Counted from the stretch's first letter, positions 46,469-56,507 are shown. The stretch: 64,000 nt of DNA from an uncultured Erysipelotrichaceae bacterium (GCA_902785135.1 CACZXL010000002.1:10710-74709); one strand, 5' to 3'. Numbers and translations are program-made. The notes: generated from the sequence alone by a model not told the origin.

Positions 46469-47579
46469 TATATTCCTCTAGTGTTTCATCAAATATCTCA
46501 AAGAACTTATCTATTTCTTCTTTAGTAGTTAAATGAGATAAACTAATTCTCATAGATGAATTTGCAAGGTTCTTATCATTTGTTAAAGCATATATACTTT
46601 TAGAAGGAGCGTTCTCTGGGCAACAACTTGTTTTAGAAGAAATATATACTTCTTTTTGACCTAGTAATTGTACAAATACATTTGATATAACACCTTTAAC
46701 ACTAAAGTTAATAGTATTAGGAATAGAATTAGGTGTACTATTTATTATGAAGTCTCTCTCTTTTAATTTTTCTATAACTAAATCATGTAACTCTGTTATA
46801 TATTTTTTTCTTTCATCTAATTTAAATAACGCTAATTCTAAAGCTTTATCAAGCGCTAAAACAGAACCTGTTACTGGTGTTCCTGATCTATAAATAGTTG
46901 TACTTTTACCACCATATATAATTGGTTTAAGACCTACTTCTTTTTTCTTAACAAGTAAACCAAATCCATTTATACCATAAAATTTATGTGGTGCGATAGT
47001 TACTAAATCTACGTCAGTAAAATCTATTCTTTCTTTACCTATTATTTGAGATGCATCTGTATGAAAGTATAGATTAGGATACTCTTTTAATATTCTTCCT
47101 ATTTCTTCAATTGGTTGTCTAATACCTAGTTCACTATCAACAGATGTAATACTAACTAAAATAGTATCTTCTCTTATTAAAGATTTTAATTCTTCTATAT
47201 CAATTAATCCATCTTTAGTAACGCCAACCATATCTACTTCAAAACCTAGTTCTTGCATTCTTTGAGCTGGCGCAACTATTGAACTATGTTCAAGTTTAGA
47301 AATAATAATATGTTTACCTCTAGATTTATATCTTTCAGGTAATCCTTGAATAACTAAATTATTACTTTCTGATGCTCCTGAAGTATATATTACTTCATCT
47401 TCTGATACTCCTAAATTTTTTGCAATATTTTTAGTAGCTTTATCTATTGCTTCTTTAGCTTCTACTCCTAATCTATGCATGCTATTTGGATTAGCAAAAT
47501 ATTTTGTAGTAGCTTCATTAAATACATCTAGTACTTCTTTGTCTACTGGTGCATTAGCAGCGTAATCTAAATAAATCAT
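46455..47579 (-). CDS. cysteine desulfurase (class V aminotransferase, NifS/IscS-like)
   Basis: IYLDYAAN..., PLP-lysine region TIAPHKFYG, and the active-site Cys region SSKTSCCPE. Confidence 0.75.
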   Translation of the reverse strand: MIYLDYAANAPVDKEVLDVFNEATTKYFANPNSMHRLGVEAKEAIDKATKNIAKNLGVSEDEVIYTSGASESNNLVIQGLPERYKSRGKHIIISKLEHSSIVAPAQRMQELGFEVDMVGVTKDGLIDIEELKSLIREDTILVSITSVDSELGIRQPIEEIGRILKEYPNLYFHTDASQIIGKERIDFTDVDLVTIAPHKFYGINGFGLLVKKKEVGLKPIIYGGKSTTIYRSGTPVTGSVLALDKALELALFKLDERKKYITELHDLVIEKLKERDFIINSTPNSIPNTINFSVKGVISNVFVQLLGQKEVYISSKTSCCPENAPSKSIYALTNDKNLANSSMRISLSHLTTKEEIDKFFEIFDETLEEYNGKE

Positions 47580-47583
47580 CTAA

Positions 47584-49095
47584 TCACTTCCTTATTAACG
47601 ATACTCCAGTCATTTCTTCTGGTTTATCTAAATTCATTAAATCAAGCATTGTTGGTGCTAAATCACATAATCTACCATCATTTAATTCAATACCTTTTTT
47701 AGTAATAATTAATGGTACTAAATTAGTAGTATGCGCAGTAAATGGTTTATTATCTTCACCTATCATTTTTTCTGCATTACCATGATCTGCAGTAATAAGT
47801 AATACTCCATTATGTTCTAATACCTTTTTATATATCATACCTATTGCAGTATCAACAGTTTCAACTGCCTTTATAGCAGCATCTAATTTACCTGTATGAC
47901 CTACCATATCAGTATTAGCAAAGTTTAAAATAATAGAATTATATTTATCGCTTTCAATTGCTTCTAATACTTTATCTCTAACTATATTAGCACTCATTTC
48001 TGGTTGCATGTCATATGTTTCTACCTTTGGTGATGGCACTAATATTCTATCTTCATTTTTATATGGTGTTTCATTTCCTCCATTAAAGAAGAATGTAACA
48101 TGTGCATATTTTTCAGTTTCTGCAATTCTTAATTGTGTATATCCTAAATTAGATATATATTCTCCAAATGTATTTTTTAATTCTTCTTTTTTATATGCAA
48201 TATGAACATTATTTAAAGTATCATCATACGGAGTCATACATACAAAATATGTATCTATATCTTTTCTTTCAAATTCATTAAAATCTTTATCTGTTATAGT
48301 TCTAGTAAGTTGTCTTGCTCTATCTGGTCTAAAGTTAAAGAATATAACTGAATCATTATTATTTATCTCTTTACCACCATCAATAATAACAGGCTTAATA
48401 AATTCATCTGTTACTTCATTTTTATAAGATTCTTCTATAGCAATTGATGCACTTTCATAATTATTACCTTTAGCATTAACTATCGCATCATATGCTTCTT
48501 TTATTCTATTCCATCTTTTATCTCTATCCATAGCGTAAAATCTACCAGAAACTGATACAATCTTACCTATTCCAACTTCTTTTATTTTATCTTCTAATTC
48601 TTTTATATAATTAATTCCAGATGTTGGAGAAGTATCTCTTCCATCAGTAAATGCATGAATATATACTCTATCAAAATTCTTATATTTACAAAAATCTAAT
48701 AACCCAAATAAATGTTTAATATGAGAATGTACTCCACCATCAGATACTAATCCCATAATATGTAAATTAGTATTATTTTTTACAGCATTATCTATTGCGT
48801 CATTAAATTCTTTTATATCATTAATAGATTTATCTTCAATTGTTTTAGTTATTCTTGTTAATTCTTGATAAACTATTCTACCTGCACCTATATTAGTGTG
48901 TCCTACTTCTGAATTACCCATTTGTCCTTCTGGAAGTCCTACTGCTTCACCTGATGCATTTATTTTAGAATTAGGATAATTATTAAATAAATAATCTATA
49001 TTCGGAGTATTTGCTAATTTAATAGCGTTACCTTCTTCATAATCACTTATTCCAAAACCATCAAGTATCATTAACATTGTTAATCCTTTATTCAT
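47584..49095 (-). CDS. gpmI: 2,3-bisphosphoglycerate-independent phosphoglycerate mutase
   Basis: LMILDGFG..., GNSEVGHTNIGAGR, ...TADHGN; typical iPGM. Confidence 0.9.
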   Translation of the reverse strand: MNKGLTMLMILDGFGISDYEEGNAIKLANTPNIDYLFNNYPNSKINASGEAVGLPEGQMGNSEVGHTNIGAGRIVYQELTRITKTIEDKSINDIKEFNDAIDNAVKNNTNLHIMGLVSDGGVHSHIKHLFGLLDFCKYKNFDRVYIHAFTDGRDTSPTSGINYIKELEDKIKEVGIGKIVSVSGRFYAMDRDKRWNRIKEAYDAIVNAKGNNYESASIAIEESYKNEVTDEFIKPVIIDGGKEINNNDSVIFFNFRPDRARQLTRTITDKDFNEFERKDIDTYFVCMTPYDDTLNNVHIAYKKEELKNTFGEYISNLGYTQLRIAETEKYAHVTFFFNGGNETPYKNEDRILVPSPKVETYDMQPEMSANIVRDKVLEAIESDKYNSIILNFANTDMVGHTGKLDAAIKAVETVDTAIGMIYKKVLEHNGVLLITADHGNAEKMIGEDNKPFTAHTTNLVPLIITKKGIELNDGRLCDLAPTMLDLMNLDKPEEMTGVSLIRK

Positions 49096-49104
49096 ATTTC
49101 CTCC

Positions 49105-50139
49105 TTAATATTTCTTAAATATATCTTTTAAATATTTACCTGTACTTGTTAAATTATCATCTTTTATTACATTTGTATTTTCTTTTAATATCGCACTTGT
49201 TTCATTTTTATTAGATAAGTTCCAAGATATTATACTTATATTGTTTTCTTTTAAGAACTTAATCCATTTATCAGTTTCATCAAAATATATACCTCCTGAA
49301 CCAGATGCCTCACTAACACCAAATTCAGATACTATAATTGGTGTATTATTATTTAAAGCAGATCTTGCTTTATTTCTTAATTCTTCTTTATGAGAACCTG
49401 AATAAAAATGAAGTGAATACATAATATTATCAAATCCAAGCTTAACAACTCTATCTACATCTTGTGACCAGTTAGGTGTTCCTACTATAATTAATGACTT
49501 AGGACTATTTTTTCTAATTACAGGAATAACTTCATTTGCGTATTTATTTATATCATCAAAAGAAGTATTTCCATTTGGTTCATTACATATTTCATATATA
49601 ACATTTGGATTATCTTTATATTTTCTACTTATTTCATTAAAGAATCTTTTTGATGCTTCAGTATAAGTAGTAGGATTATTATCACTTAATATATGCCAAT
49701 CTACTATTACATACATATCTAAATCTATACAATTATCTATTATACTAACTACTTTATCTTTAATAGAAGAATCATCAATGTACCCACCTTCTTTAGTATA
49801 CATAGCAATTCTAAATACATTAGTGTTCCATTCTTCCTTTAATACTTTTATATTATCTTTAGTATATAAATCATTAAACCATTGCACTCCATGAGAACTT
49901 ACTCCTTTAAGTACAAATTCTTCATCTTTTTCATTAACTAATTTAGTTCCAGATACTTTTAAAAATCCATTGTAAGAAGGATAATTATTCTTTTCTTTTT
50001 TTATTTCTTTCTTTTTTATACTTTTAACTATTTTTTTAGGAGTATCATTATTTTGATTATCAATAAATATTCTATAACATATCGCACCTAAAAATAGAAA
50101 TATTACTAATACTATTATTATTTTAATAAATCTTTTCAT
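49105..50139 (-). CDS. membrane-anchored or secreted GH5-family glycoside hydrolase (cellulase-like)
   Basis: N-terminal TM or signal; GVSSHGVQW, ICNEPNG (catalytic acid), and VSEFG (nucleophile) motifs. Confidence 0.6.
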   Translation of the reverse strand: MKRFIKIIIVLVIFLFLGAICYRIFIDNQNNDTPKKIVKSIKKKEIKKEKNNYPSYNGFLKVSGTKLVNEKDEEFVLKGVSSHGVQWFNDLYTKDNIKVLKEEWNTNVFRIAMYTKEGGYIDDSSIKDKVVSIIDNCIDLDMYVIVDWHILSDNNPTTYTEASKRFFNEISRKYKDNPNVIYEICNEPNGNTSFDDINKYANEVIPVIRKNSPKSLIIVGTPNWSQDVDRVVKLGFDNIMYSLHFYSGSHKEELRNKARSALNNNTPIIVSEFGVSEASGSGGIYFDETDKWIKFLKENNISIISWNLSNKNETSAILKENTNVIKDDNLTSTGKYLKDIFKKY

Positions 50140-50151
50140 ATTACTTCTCCT

Positions 50152-51099
50152 TTATATATTTAATAAAAACATTTCTAAGCCAAAGAATTTATCTGTTTTT
50201 CCTGTAACTATTTCATAATCTAAATTAGATAATTTTAATAATATATCTTTTATATCTTCTATATTATAAATAGATTTCATTGCTAGACTAATTCTATATG
50301 GATGTTCTTTTAAAGTAGTAACTATTTCTTTTTCTGAATAGCCTCCTGTTCTCATTAGTTTAACTTGCATTATTAATCTAAATTGATTAGATAAAGTTAC
50401 TATTAATTTTATAGGATCTTCTCCAGATTTTATTAATTGATTATATATTTCTATTACTCTACTTTTTTCTTTATTAACAATCGCATTAGTTAATTCAAAT
50501 ATATTCTTTTCTAAATTATTAGTAATAACATCTTCTATATCTTCTTTAGTTATTTTTTTATCTTCACCTTTATATATAAACATTTTATCTAATTCTTTAA
50601 TAATATTAGATAATTCATATCCTACTTTAGATATTAATAATTCTATAGAAGAACTAGATATTGAATAACCTTTATCTCTAATATAATCTCCTAAATAATT
50701 AATTAATCTATAACTTTCTATTTTATTACATTCATATACTTTACTAACTTTATTAACTAATTTAGTAATTTTCTTTCTTGAATCTACTTTTTCATCTCTA
50801 ACAATAAATATTATAAATACATCTTCAAATGAATTTTCTAGGTATTTTGTTAAATCATTTAATTCTTCTTCAGATAAAGATTTATTCGCAGTTAAGAATA
50901 ATGAATTATCACATATTATTAATTTTTTGTCAGAAAACATACTTACTGTAGAAGCTTCTACTAAAACAGAATCTATTGAATCATTATTAAGATCATAATT
51001 AATTATATTATCTTCTTCAACTTTTAATTTATCTTTTATTTCTTTTATTTTTTCGTCTATCAAATAATTTTCTAAGCCAAACAATAAATATGTATTCAT
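50152..51099 (-). CDS. holA: DNA polymerase III delta subunit
   Basis: N-terminal YLLFGLENYLIDEKIKEI matches Bacillus HolA YLLYGTEQFLIDETIRKI; length about 315 aa. Confidence 0.7.
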   Translation of the reverse strand: MNTYLLFGLENYLIDEKIKEIKDKLKVEEDNIINYDLNNDSIDSVLVEASTVSMFSDKKLIICDNSLFLTANKSLSEEELNDLTKYLENSFEDVFIIFIVRDEKVDSRKKITKLVNKVSKVYECNKIESYRLINYLGDYIRDKGYSISSSSIELLISKVGYELSNIIKELDKMFIYKGEDKKITKEDIEDVITNNLEKNIFELTNAIVNKEKSRVIEIYNQLIKSGEDPIKLIVTLSNQFRLIMQVKLMRTGGYSEKEIVTTLKEHPYRISLAMKSIYNIEDIKDILLKLSNLDYEIVTGKTDKFFGLEMFLLNI

Positions 51100-51124
51100 T
51101 TTTCTTCACCAATTATTATTATAA

Positions 51125-51156
51125 CAAAAAAACTACATTTTAAAAATGTAGTTTTT
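51125..51156. terminator. rho-independent terminator
   Basis: AAAAACTACATTTT taa AAATGTAGTTTTT. Confidence 0.45.
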
Positions 51157-51161
51157 AAATA

Positions 51162-51380
51162 TTATGCAGAAAGTTTTAAAGTTACAGCTGGTTTAATTCT
51201 ATCTTCTTCTGGTAATCTCTCGTTTACCTTATTAAATCTATTATAAGATCCTTCAACAGCATTTCTTAAATCTTCTCTATATCCTCTTGATCCTTCAACT
51301 ATATATGCTTCATAAAACTTTTTATATAATAATTTTGCATAATATAAATTTTTTAAATCAGTTAAATTCTTTTTTGTCAT
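51162..51380 (-). CDS. small (72 aa) helical charged protein of unknown function with a strong promoter and RBS
   Basis: MTKKNLTDLKNLYYAKLLYKKFYEAYIVEGSRGYREDLRNAVEGSYNRFNKVNERLPEEDRIKPAVTLKLSA, with an AAGGAGGGAAATT RBS. The ORF-track version has a 16-aa spurious N-terminal extension. Confidence 0.4.
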   Translation of the reverse strand: MTKKNLTDLKNLYYAKLLYKKFYEAYIVEGSRGYREDLRNAVEGSYNRFNKVNERLPEEDRIKPAVTLKLSA

Positions 51381-51394
51381 AATTTCCCTCCTTG

Positions 51395-51450
51395 TTCCTT
51401 TTTCGGGCAACGAATAAGATGATATCACAAATAAAAAATGTTGTCAAGTA
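51395..51450 (-). promoter_or_regulatory. near-consensus sigma-A promoter (TTGACA, 17 bp, TATCAT) plus a leader for the 72-aa gene
   Basis: On the minus strand: TTGACAacattttttatttgtgaTATCATcttattcgttgcccgaaaaaggaacaAGGAGGgaaattATG. Confidence 0.4.
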
Positions 51451-51454
51451 ATGA

Positions 51455-51493
51455 AAAAGAGACTATTTTTTATCATTAAATAAGTCTCTTTTT
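51455..51493 (-). terminator. rho-independent terminator enclosing the stop codon of the SDR gene
   Basis: AAAAAGAGACT ..loop.. AGTCTCTTTTT. Confidence 0.4.
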
Positions 51494-52257
51494 ATAAATA
51501 TTGATTTAATAAATCTACCAAATGCTTTTCTATTAGTCAACCACATGAATTTAACATTATTCTTCTTATTATTAACTATTTTTTTGACCATAAATTTCGC
51601 AATTGTTTGAGGATAATCTCCTAAAATATTATATATTTTTTTAGTTTTTTCATCTATTTTTAATTTTTCTTTATCTCCTAAAGAATGAAATAAGAAATTA
51701 GTAATCATAATTCCTGGCGTTATTTTACCAACATATATGTTATTATACTTTTTTACTTCATGAGAAAGTGTTTCAGTAAAATAAGTTATACCTCTTTTAG
51801 CAGTACCATATATAGATAATTTATCTATAAGAGCATCATTTGATCCATGGCCTTCAACATTAAATATTTGACCATGTTTTTGCTTGATCATAACCGGTAA
51901 TATTTTATTAGAACAAATAATAGTTCCCTTTAAATCTATATCTAATATTGTATTTATTTCAACTGTATTTAACTCCCAAATATATTTATCTGGTTGAGAT
52001 ACTCCAGCATTATTAATCCATATATCTATAGTTTTATATTTTTCTAATATATCTTCTATTGCTGCTTGAATAGACTCTTCATCACAAACATTTAATACAT
52101 GTGAATAAACATTATCTGAATTTATACTCTTTTTAGCTTCTTTTAAAACTTCTTCATTAATATCAGTTATAACAACATTATAATTATATTTTAAGAATTC
52201 TTTAGCCATTTCATAGCCAAAACCTCTTCCTGAACCTGTGATTACTACCGTTTTCAT
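51463..52257 (-). CDS. SDR-family short-chain dehydrogenase/reductase
   Basis: N-terminal TGSGRGFG Rossmann motif and YGTAK (YxxxK) active-site motif. Confidence 0.75.
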   Translation of the reverse strand: MKTVVITGSGRGFGYEMAKEFLKYNYNVVITDINEEVLKEAKKSINSDNVYSHVLNVCDEESIQAAIEDILEKYKTIDIWINNAGVSQPDKYIWELNTVEINTILDIDLKGTIICSNKILPVMIKQKHGQIFNVEGHGSNDALIDKLSIYGTAKRGITYFTETLSHEVKKYNNIYVGKITPGIMITNFLFHSLGDKEKLKIDEKTKKIYNILGDYPQTIAKFMVKKIVNNKKNNVKFMWLTNRKAFGRFIKSIFIKRDLFNDKK

Positions 52258-52265
52258 ATTAACCT

Positions 52266-53435
52266 CTATTTCTTAGTTCCACTATTACTATCAAAATTCT
52301 TTAAAATATTAGTATCAAAAGAACAAGTCTTCTTTTCTCTTAACTTATAATCTTTAATAGCTATTTTTACTAAGTCATCTAATAATTCAGTATACTTTTT
52401 ACCTTTAGCTTCCCATAAATAAAATGCTAGAGATCCTGGAATTATATTAGGCTCATTAACAAATACATCATTAGTTTTAGTATCTATTAAGAAATCTATT
52501 CTAACAACTCCACTAAGATTTAAAGCTTTAAATGTTTTTATACTATATTCTTCTACTTTTTTAACTAATTCTTTATCTATTCTTGCTGGTATAATTCTAT
52601 CTGTATTAACCATACCTTTACTTCCTTTAGACTTAGAATTACCTTCATATTTATCTGAGAAAGTAAGAATATCATTTTCACTCATTACTTCTTCTATTAC
52701 ACTTGCTTCTTGATTTTCATAGTTTCCTACAACACTACAATTTACTTCTACTAAATTAGAAACAGCCTTTTCAATTAATACTTTTTTATCATACATTACT
52801 GCTTCTTCAATAGCTGATTCTAATTTATTTTCATCTTTAACAAAAGTAATACCAACAGAACTACCTAAACAAGCAGGTTTTACTACTACTGGTAATCCCA
52901 TCTTTTTAATATTATTAATAATAGAATCTTTATCTAATAAATATTCATTATCATAGAACCAAATTGAATCTACCACTGGTATATTATTAGCTTTTAAAAC
53001 ATCTTTCAATATTACTTTATCTTGTCCTATAGCAGATCCAATAATACCACTTCCAACATATGGTATACCTATTGTATCTAAATATCCTGCTAAAGAACCA
53101 TCTTCAACATTCTTACCATGTACTATAGGAAAAGCCACATCTATTTTATCAACCACTTTATTAAATAAACCTTTAGTAGACATTAAAACATATTCATTTC
53201 CTAATTTACATAAAGAAACAGGTTTTACTTTTGTTAATAAAGAATCAATATCTCTATAATTCTTTATATCATTTAACTCATTTCCTGAATACCATATTCT
53301 ATCTTTACCAATATAAATTGGTACAACATCATATTTTTCTTTATCAATATTATTAATTGCTTGAAGTGCAGATATTACTGCTACCTCATGTTCAACACTT
53401 TCTCCACCGAATATAACACCTAATCTTAATTTCAT
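52266..53435 (-). CDS. ddl: D-alanine--D-alanine ligase
   Basis: Ddl N-terminus MKLRLGVIFGGESVEHEVAVISA, ATP-grasp motifs, and position upstream of murF. Confidence 0.9.
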   Translation of the reverse strand: MKLRLGVIFGGESVEHEVAVISALQAINNIDKEKYDVVPIYIGKDRIWYSGNELNDIKNYRDIDSLLTKVKPVSLCKLGNEYVLMSTKGLFNKVVDKIDVAFPIVHGKNVEDGSLAGYLDTIGIPYVGSGIIGSAIGQDKVILKDVLKANNIPVVDSIWFYDNEYLLDKDSIINNIKKMGLPVVVKPACLGSSVGITFVKDENKLESAIEEAVMYDKKVLIEKAVSNLVEVNCSVVGNYENQEASVIEEVMSENDILTFSDKYEGNSKSKGSKGMVNTDRIIPARIDKELVKKVEEYSIKTFKALNLSGVVRIDFLIDTKTNDVFVNEPNIIPGSLAFYLWEAKGKKYTELLDDLVKIAIKDYKLREKKTCSFDTNILKNFDSNSGTKK

Positions 53436-53449
53436 AACTATCCTTCTTT

Positions 53450-55024
53450 CTATTCGTTAAATATATCTGGTAAATCGTTTTCTAATAAAACATATTTAAT
53501 CTTATCAGATTTTATGTCATCAACTATTTTAAAAGCTTCTTTAACATCATTTATTATAAATAGTTTCTTTTCATCATATTTTTTTTCTTTTAAACCATCT
53601 TGTATAGGTTTAGTTTGATTCTTACCAACTAATATAACATAATCTGCTACTTCAGATATATATTCTCCAAATTTCTTATTTAATTTATATTGTTCTTCTC
53701 CTAATTCTATCATACCTGGAGTTACAACTATTTTAAGTCCATCCATTAAATCTAGTACATCTAATGCCATTTTAGAACCTACTGGATTGGAATTATATGC
53801 ATCATCTATAAATACTTTACCATTGTATTTCTTTAATTCTAATCTATGTTCAATAGTATTAACCTTTTTAACACCCATTTCTAATTCTTCTAAAGTCATA
53901 CCTTTATATAAACCAAATGCTAATGCACTTAAAATATTATATACATTTGGTTTACCTAACAATTTAGTATTGAATTTATGAGTTTTATCTAACTCTTTAA
54001 AGTATACATCAAAACTCATACCATTATGATTCATTTTAATGTTCTTAGCAACCAAATCTGCATCTTCATTATCAATACTAACCCATATAACTTTACATTT
54101 ACTATTAATCTTATAACTAACTTGATATGGATCATCTTTATTAAGAATTGCTAATCCATCATCTGGTAAAGATTCAACTAACTCAAATTTACCTTTTTGA
54201 ATATTTTCTTTACTACCAAAAGTTTCCAAATGTGCATTACCTATATTAGTAATAATACCATATTTAGGTTTTACTAAATCGCATAATGCTTTAATAGATC
54301 CTCTTTTGAATGCTCCCATTTCTGCTATAAATATATCATTAAATTTATCTAAATGATTATTAATTGTTAATATAAGACCATATTTAGTATTATAGTTTTT
54401 AGGTGTAGTAGCTGAATTAAACTTTACACTTAATATATCATTTAAAATATTCTTACTACTAGTTTTACCATAACTACCTGTTATACCTATAACATCTAAG
54501 TTTAATGATTTTAATTTTTCTTTAGCTTTATTCTTATAATAACAAAATACTATCTTTTCTATAGGTTTATTTATAACATTTACTAAGAAAATCATAAAGA
54601 AAGATAAACTAATTAATAAACTATATATAAAATTAAATATATAAGTATCTTTAAAAACAAATATATTTAATACAATTGGTATTATCATAACAATTATATA
54701 AGTTACAAACATTCTTTTAACTCTACTAGTTACTTTTAATGGTAATTTAACTTGTTCTTTCTTTTTATTATTAAATTCTATTATAAATAAAACTATATAA
54801 AGTATATTTATATATATTAATAAATTATTTTTAATAAATAAATTAATTATATTAACAATTAACAATACAATATCTAATTTAAAAACAGCTTTTAAATTTT
54901 TAAATCCCCAACGAATATATCTATTATTTTCATTATAAAAATTTTGTTGCAAAATATGCATATTTCTTTTTTTTCTAATAATTACATATAATAATGAAAA
55001 CAATATAATTACTATCATATTCAT
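53450..55024 (-). CDS. murF: UDP-MurNAc-tripeptide--D-Ala-D-Ala ligase (MurF) with an unusual N-terminal membrane domain of about 150 aa
   Basis: GITGSYGKTSSKNIL P-loop and Mur-ligase middle and C-terminal domains (DDAYNSNP). Residues 1-150 are 4 or 5 hydrophobic helices instead of the usual soluble N-terminal domain. Confidence 0.8.
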   Translation of the reverse strand: MNMIVIILFSLLYVIIRKKRNMHILQQNFYNENNRYIRWGFKNLKAVFKLDIVLLIVNIINLFIKNNLLIYINILYIVLFIIEFNNKKKEQVKLPLKVTSRVKRMFVTYIIVMIIPIVLNIFVFKDTYIFNFIYSLLISLSFFMIFLVNVINKPIEKIVFCYYKNKAKEKLKSLNLDVIGITGSYGKTSSKNILNDILSVKFNSATTPKNYNTKYGLILTINNHLDKFNDIFIAEMGAFKRGSIKALCDLVKPKYGIITNIGNAHLETFGSKENIQKGKFELVESLPDDGLAILNKDDPYQVSYKINSKCKVIWVSIDNEDADLVAKNIKMNHNGMSFDVYFKELDKTHKFNTKLLGKPNVYNILSALAFGLYKGMTLEELEMGVKKVNTIEHRLELKKYNGKVFIDDAYNSNPVGSKMALDVLDLMDGLKIVVTPGMIELGEEQYKLNKKFGEYISEVADYVILVGKNQTKPIQDGLKEKKYDEKKLFIINDVKEAFKIVDDIKSDKIKYVLLENDLPDIFNE

Positions 55025-55033
55025 ATAAACCTC

Positions 55034-55768
55034 CTAACAATTAAAGAAACTATTTAATACTCTAATAAGATTATTTAATCTTTCTAAATATGCATAATGA
55101 GTCGCACCTTCATATACAACTACACCAGCATTATCTATCATTTTTTCTAGTTCATAAGCTCTATTAATTGGTACTGCAGTATCAAGAGTACCCCATACTA
55201 ATAAAGTAGGACAACTTATCTTTTTAACATCTTCATTTATATCTAAATTAACAGTTTGAACAAGTACTCCTCTCATTATTTCAGAGGCATTTTTGTAATC
55301 AGTTGATCCCATTTTATTTTTCATAAAATTAGCAAGAGGTGTTAATATTTTTATTTTTTTTATTTTTTTATAAAATTTAGTTTTAAATGATAACTTAGTA
55401 ATTTCTTTACAATATGGTGAAGCTAAACCAACTAGTTTTTCTACTTTATATTTAGATGCATATACAAGTGATATTTTTCCTCCAAATGAATGACCTACTA
55501 AATATATTTTTTTAATACCTAAACTCTCAATAAATCTATGTACAAAGTCAGCATATTCATAAACAGTCCATGGAGTTTTTGGTTCATCGCTTTCACCAAA
55601 ACCCGGAAGATCTAGAATAAGTACATTAAACTTATCTAAATACTTATCTCCTATTGGTTTCATCATTTCTATATTTTGACCCCATCCATGTAAAAGCACT
55701 AATGTAATATCTGATTTAATATCTGAAAATTCATAATTAACATTAATATTATCTATTACTTTTTTCAT
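55034..55768 (-). CDS. alpha/beta hydrolase fold protein
   Basis: HGWG...GHSFGG nucleophile elbow (GxSxG) ... GTLD ... H. Confidence 0.65.
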   Translation of the reverse strand: MKKVIDNINVNYEFSDIKSDITLVLLHGWGQNIEMMKPIGDKYLDKFNVLILDLPGFGESDEPKTPWTVYEYADFVHRFIESLGIKKIYLVGHSFGGKISLVYASKYKVEKLVGLASPYCKEITKLSFKTKFYKKIKKIKILTPLANFMKNKMGSTDYKNASEIMRGVLVQTVNLDINEDVKKISCPTLLVWGTLDTAVPINRAYELEKMIDNAGVVVYEGATHYAYLERLNNLIRVLNSFFNC

Positions 55769-55842
55769 TAAAACACCTCAATGATATTTATTTATACCAA
55801 TATAATTATAACACAATTCTATAAAAATAAAAAAAGTTATTT

Positions 55843-56385
55843 CTAACTTTTTTTTGCATATTTTTCAAAATAATAATCTATTACATTTTTAATATCATCA
55901 TAAACTCTTACGTTTCTTTCATTATCATTTTTACTTTGTTCTAAAACATCATATAATTCATCTAGTTTAACATATCTTAATTCATAATTATTATCTATTT
56001 CATATTGATCTAATTTTCTTTTATTTAAATCATATTTCTTATCTGTATATATAAGATAATAATTAAATTCAATATATCTATTAACACCAGTATTATCATG
56101 ATTCTTAGAATAATATTTAACTTGATAAAAAGGAGTATAATCTCTTCTTTCAATATTTATACCTGTTTCTTCTAGAACTTCTCTATATAAAGTTTCAGAT
56201 AACCTTTCACCCTTTTCAACATGTCCACCTGGAAATTGATAAGTATTATCTAAATAACCTAAAAGTATTTCATTATTAGAATTAATTAAAACTGCTCTTG
56301 CACGTAATACTACTTCATCTATATCTTGATATGTTAAATTATTATGATTATGTACTACTGTTCTCATATCTTCATCCCCTATCAT
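55843..56385 (-). CDS. NUDIX hydrolase
   Basis: Nudix box GGHVEKGERLSETLYREVLEETG. Confidence 0.75.
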   Translation of the reverse strand: MIGDEDMRTVVHNHNNLTYQDIDEVVLRARAVLINSNNEILLGYLDNTYQFPGGHVEKGERLSETLYREVLEETGINIERRDYTPFYQVKYYSKNHDNTGVNRYIEFNYYLIYTDKKYDLNKRKLDQYEIDNNYELRYVKLDELYDVLEQSKNDNERNVRVYDDIKNVIDYYFEKYAKKS

Positions 56386-56507
56386 AAATTCAATTATACC
56401 AAAAAAAATAAACTATTGATTATTTTTTTATTGCCTTTGTAAACAAAAAAGTAAATATATTATATTACTTTTATATTTTTTTGCAAGAAAAAAATGAATC
56501 ATAAGAC

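Noticed and set aside
48008-48205. Plus-strand ORF inside gpmI
   Set aside because: Antisense shadow ORF.
53787-53981. Plus-strand ORF inside murF
   Set aside because: Antisense shadow ORF.
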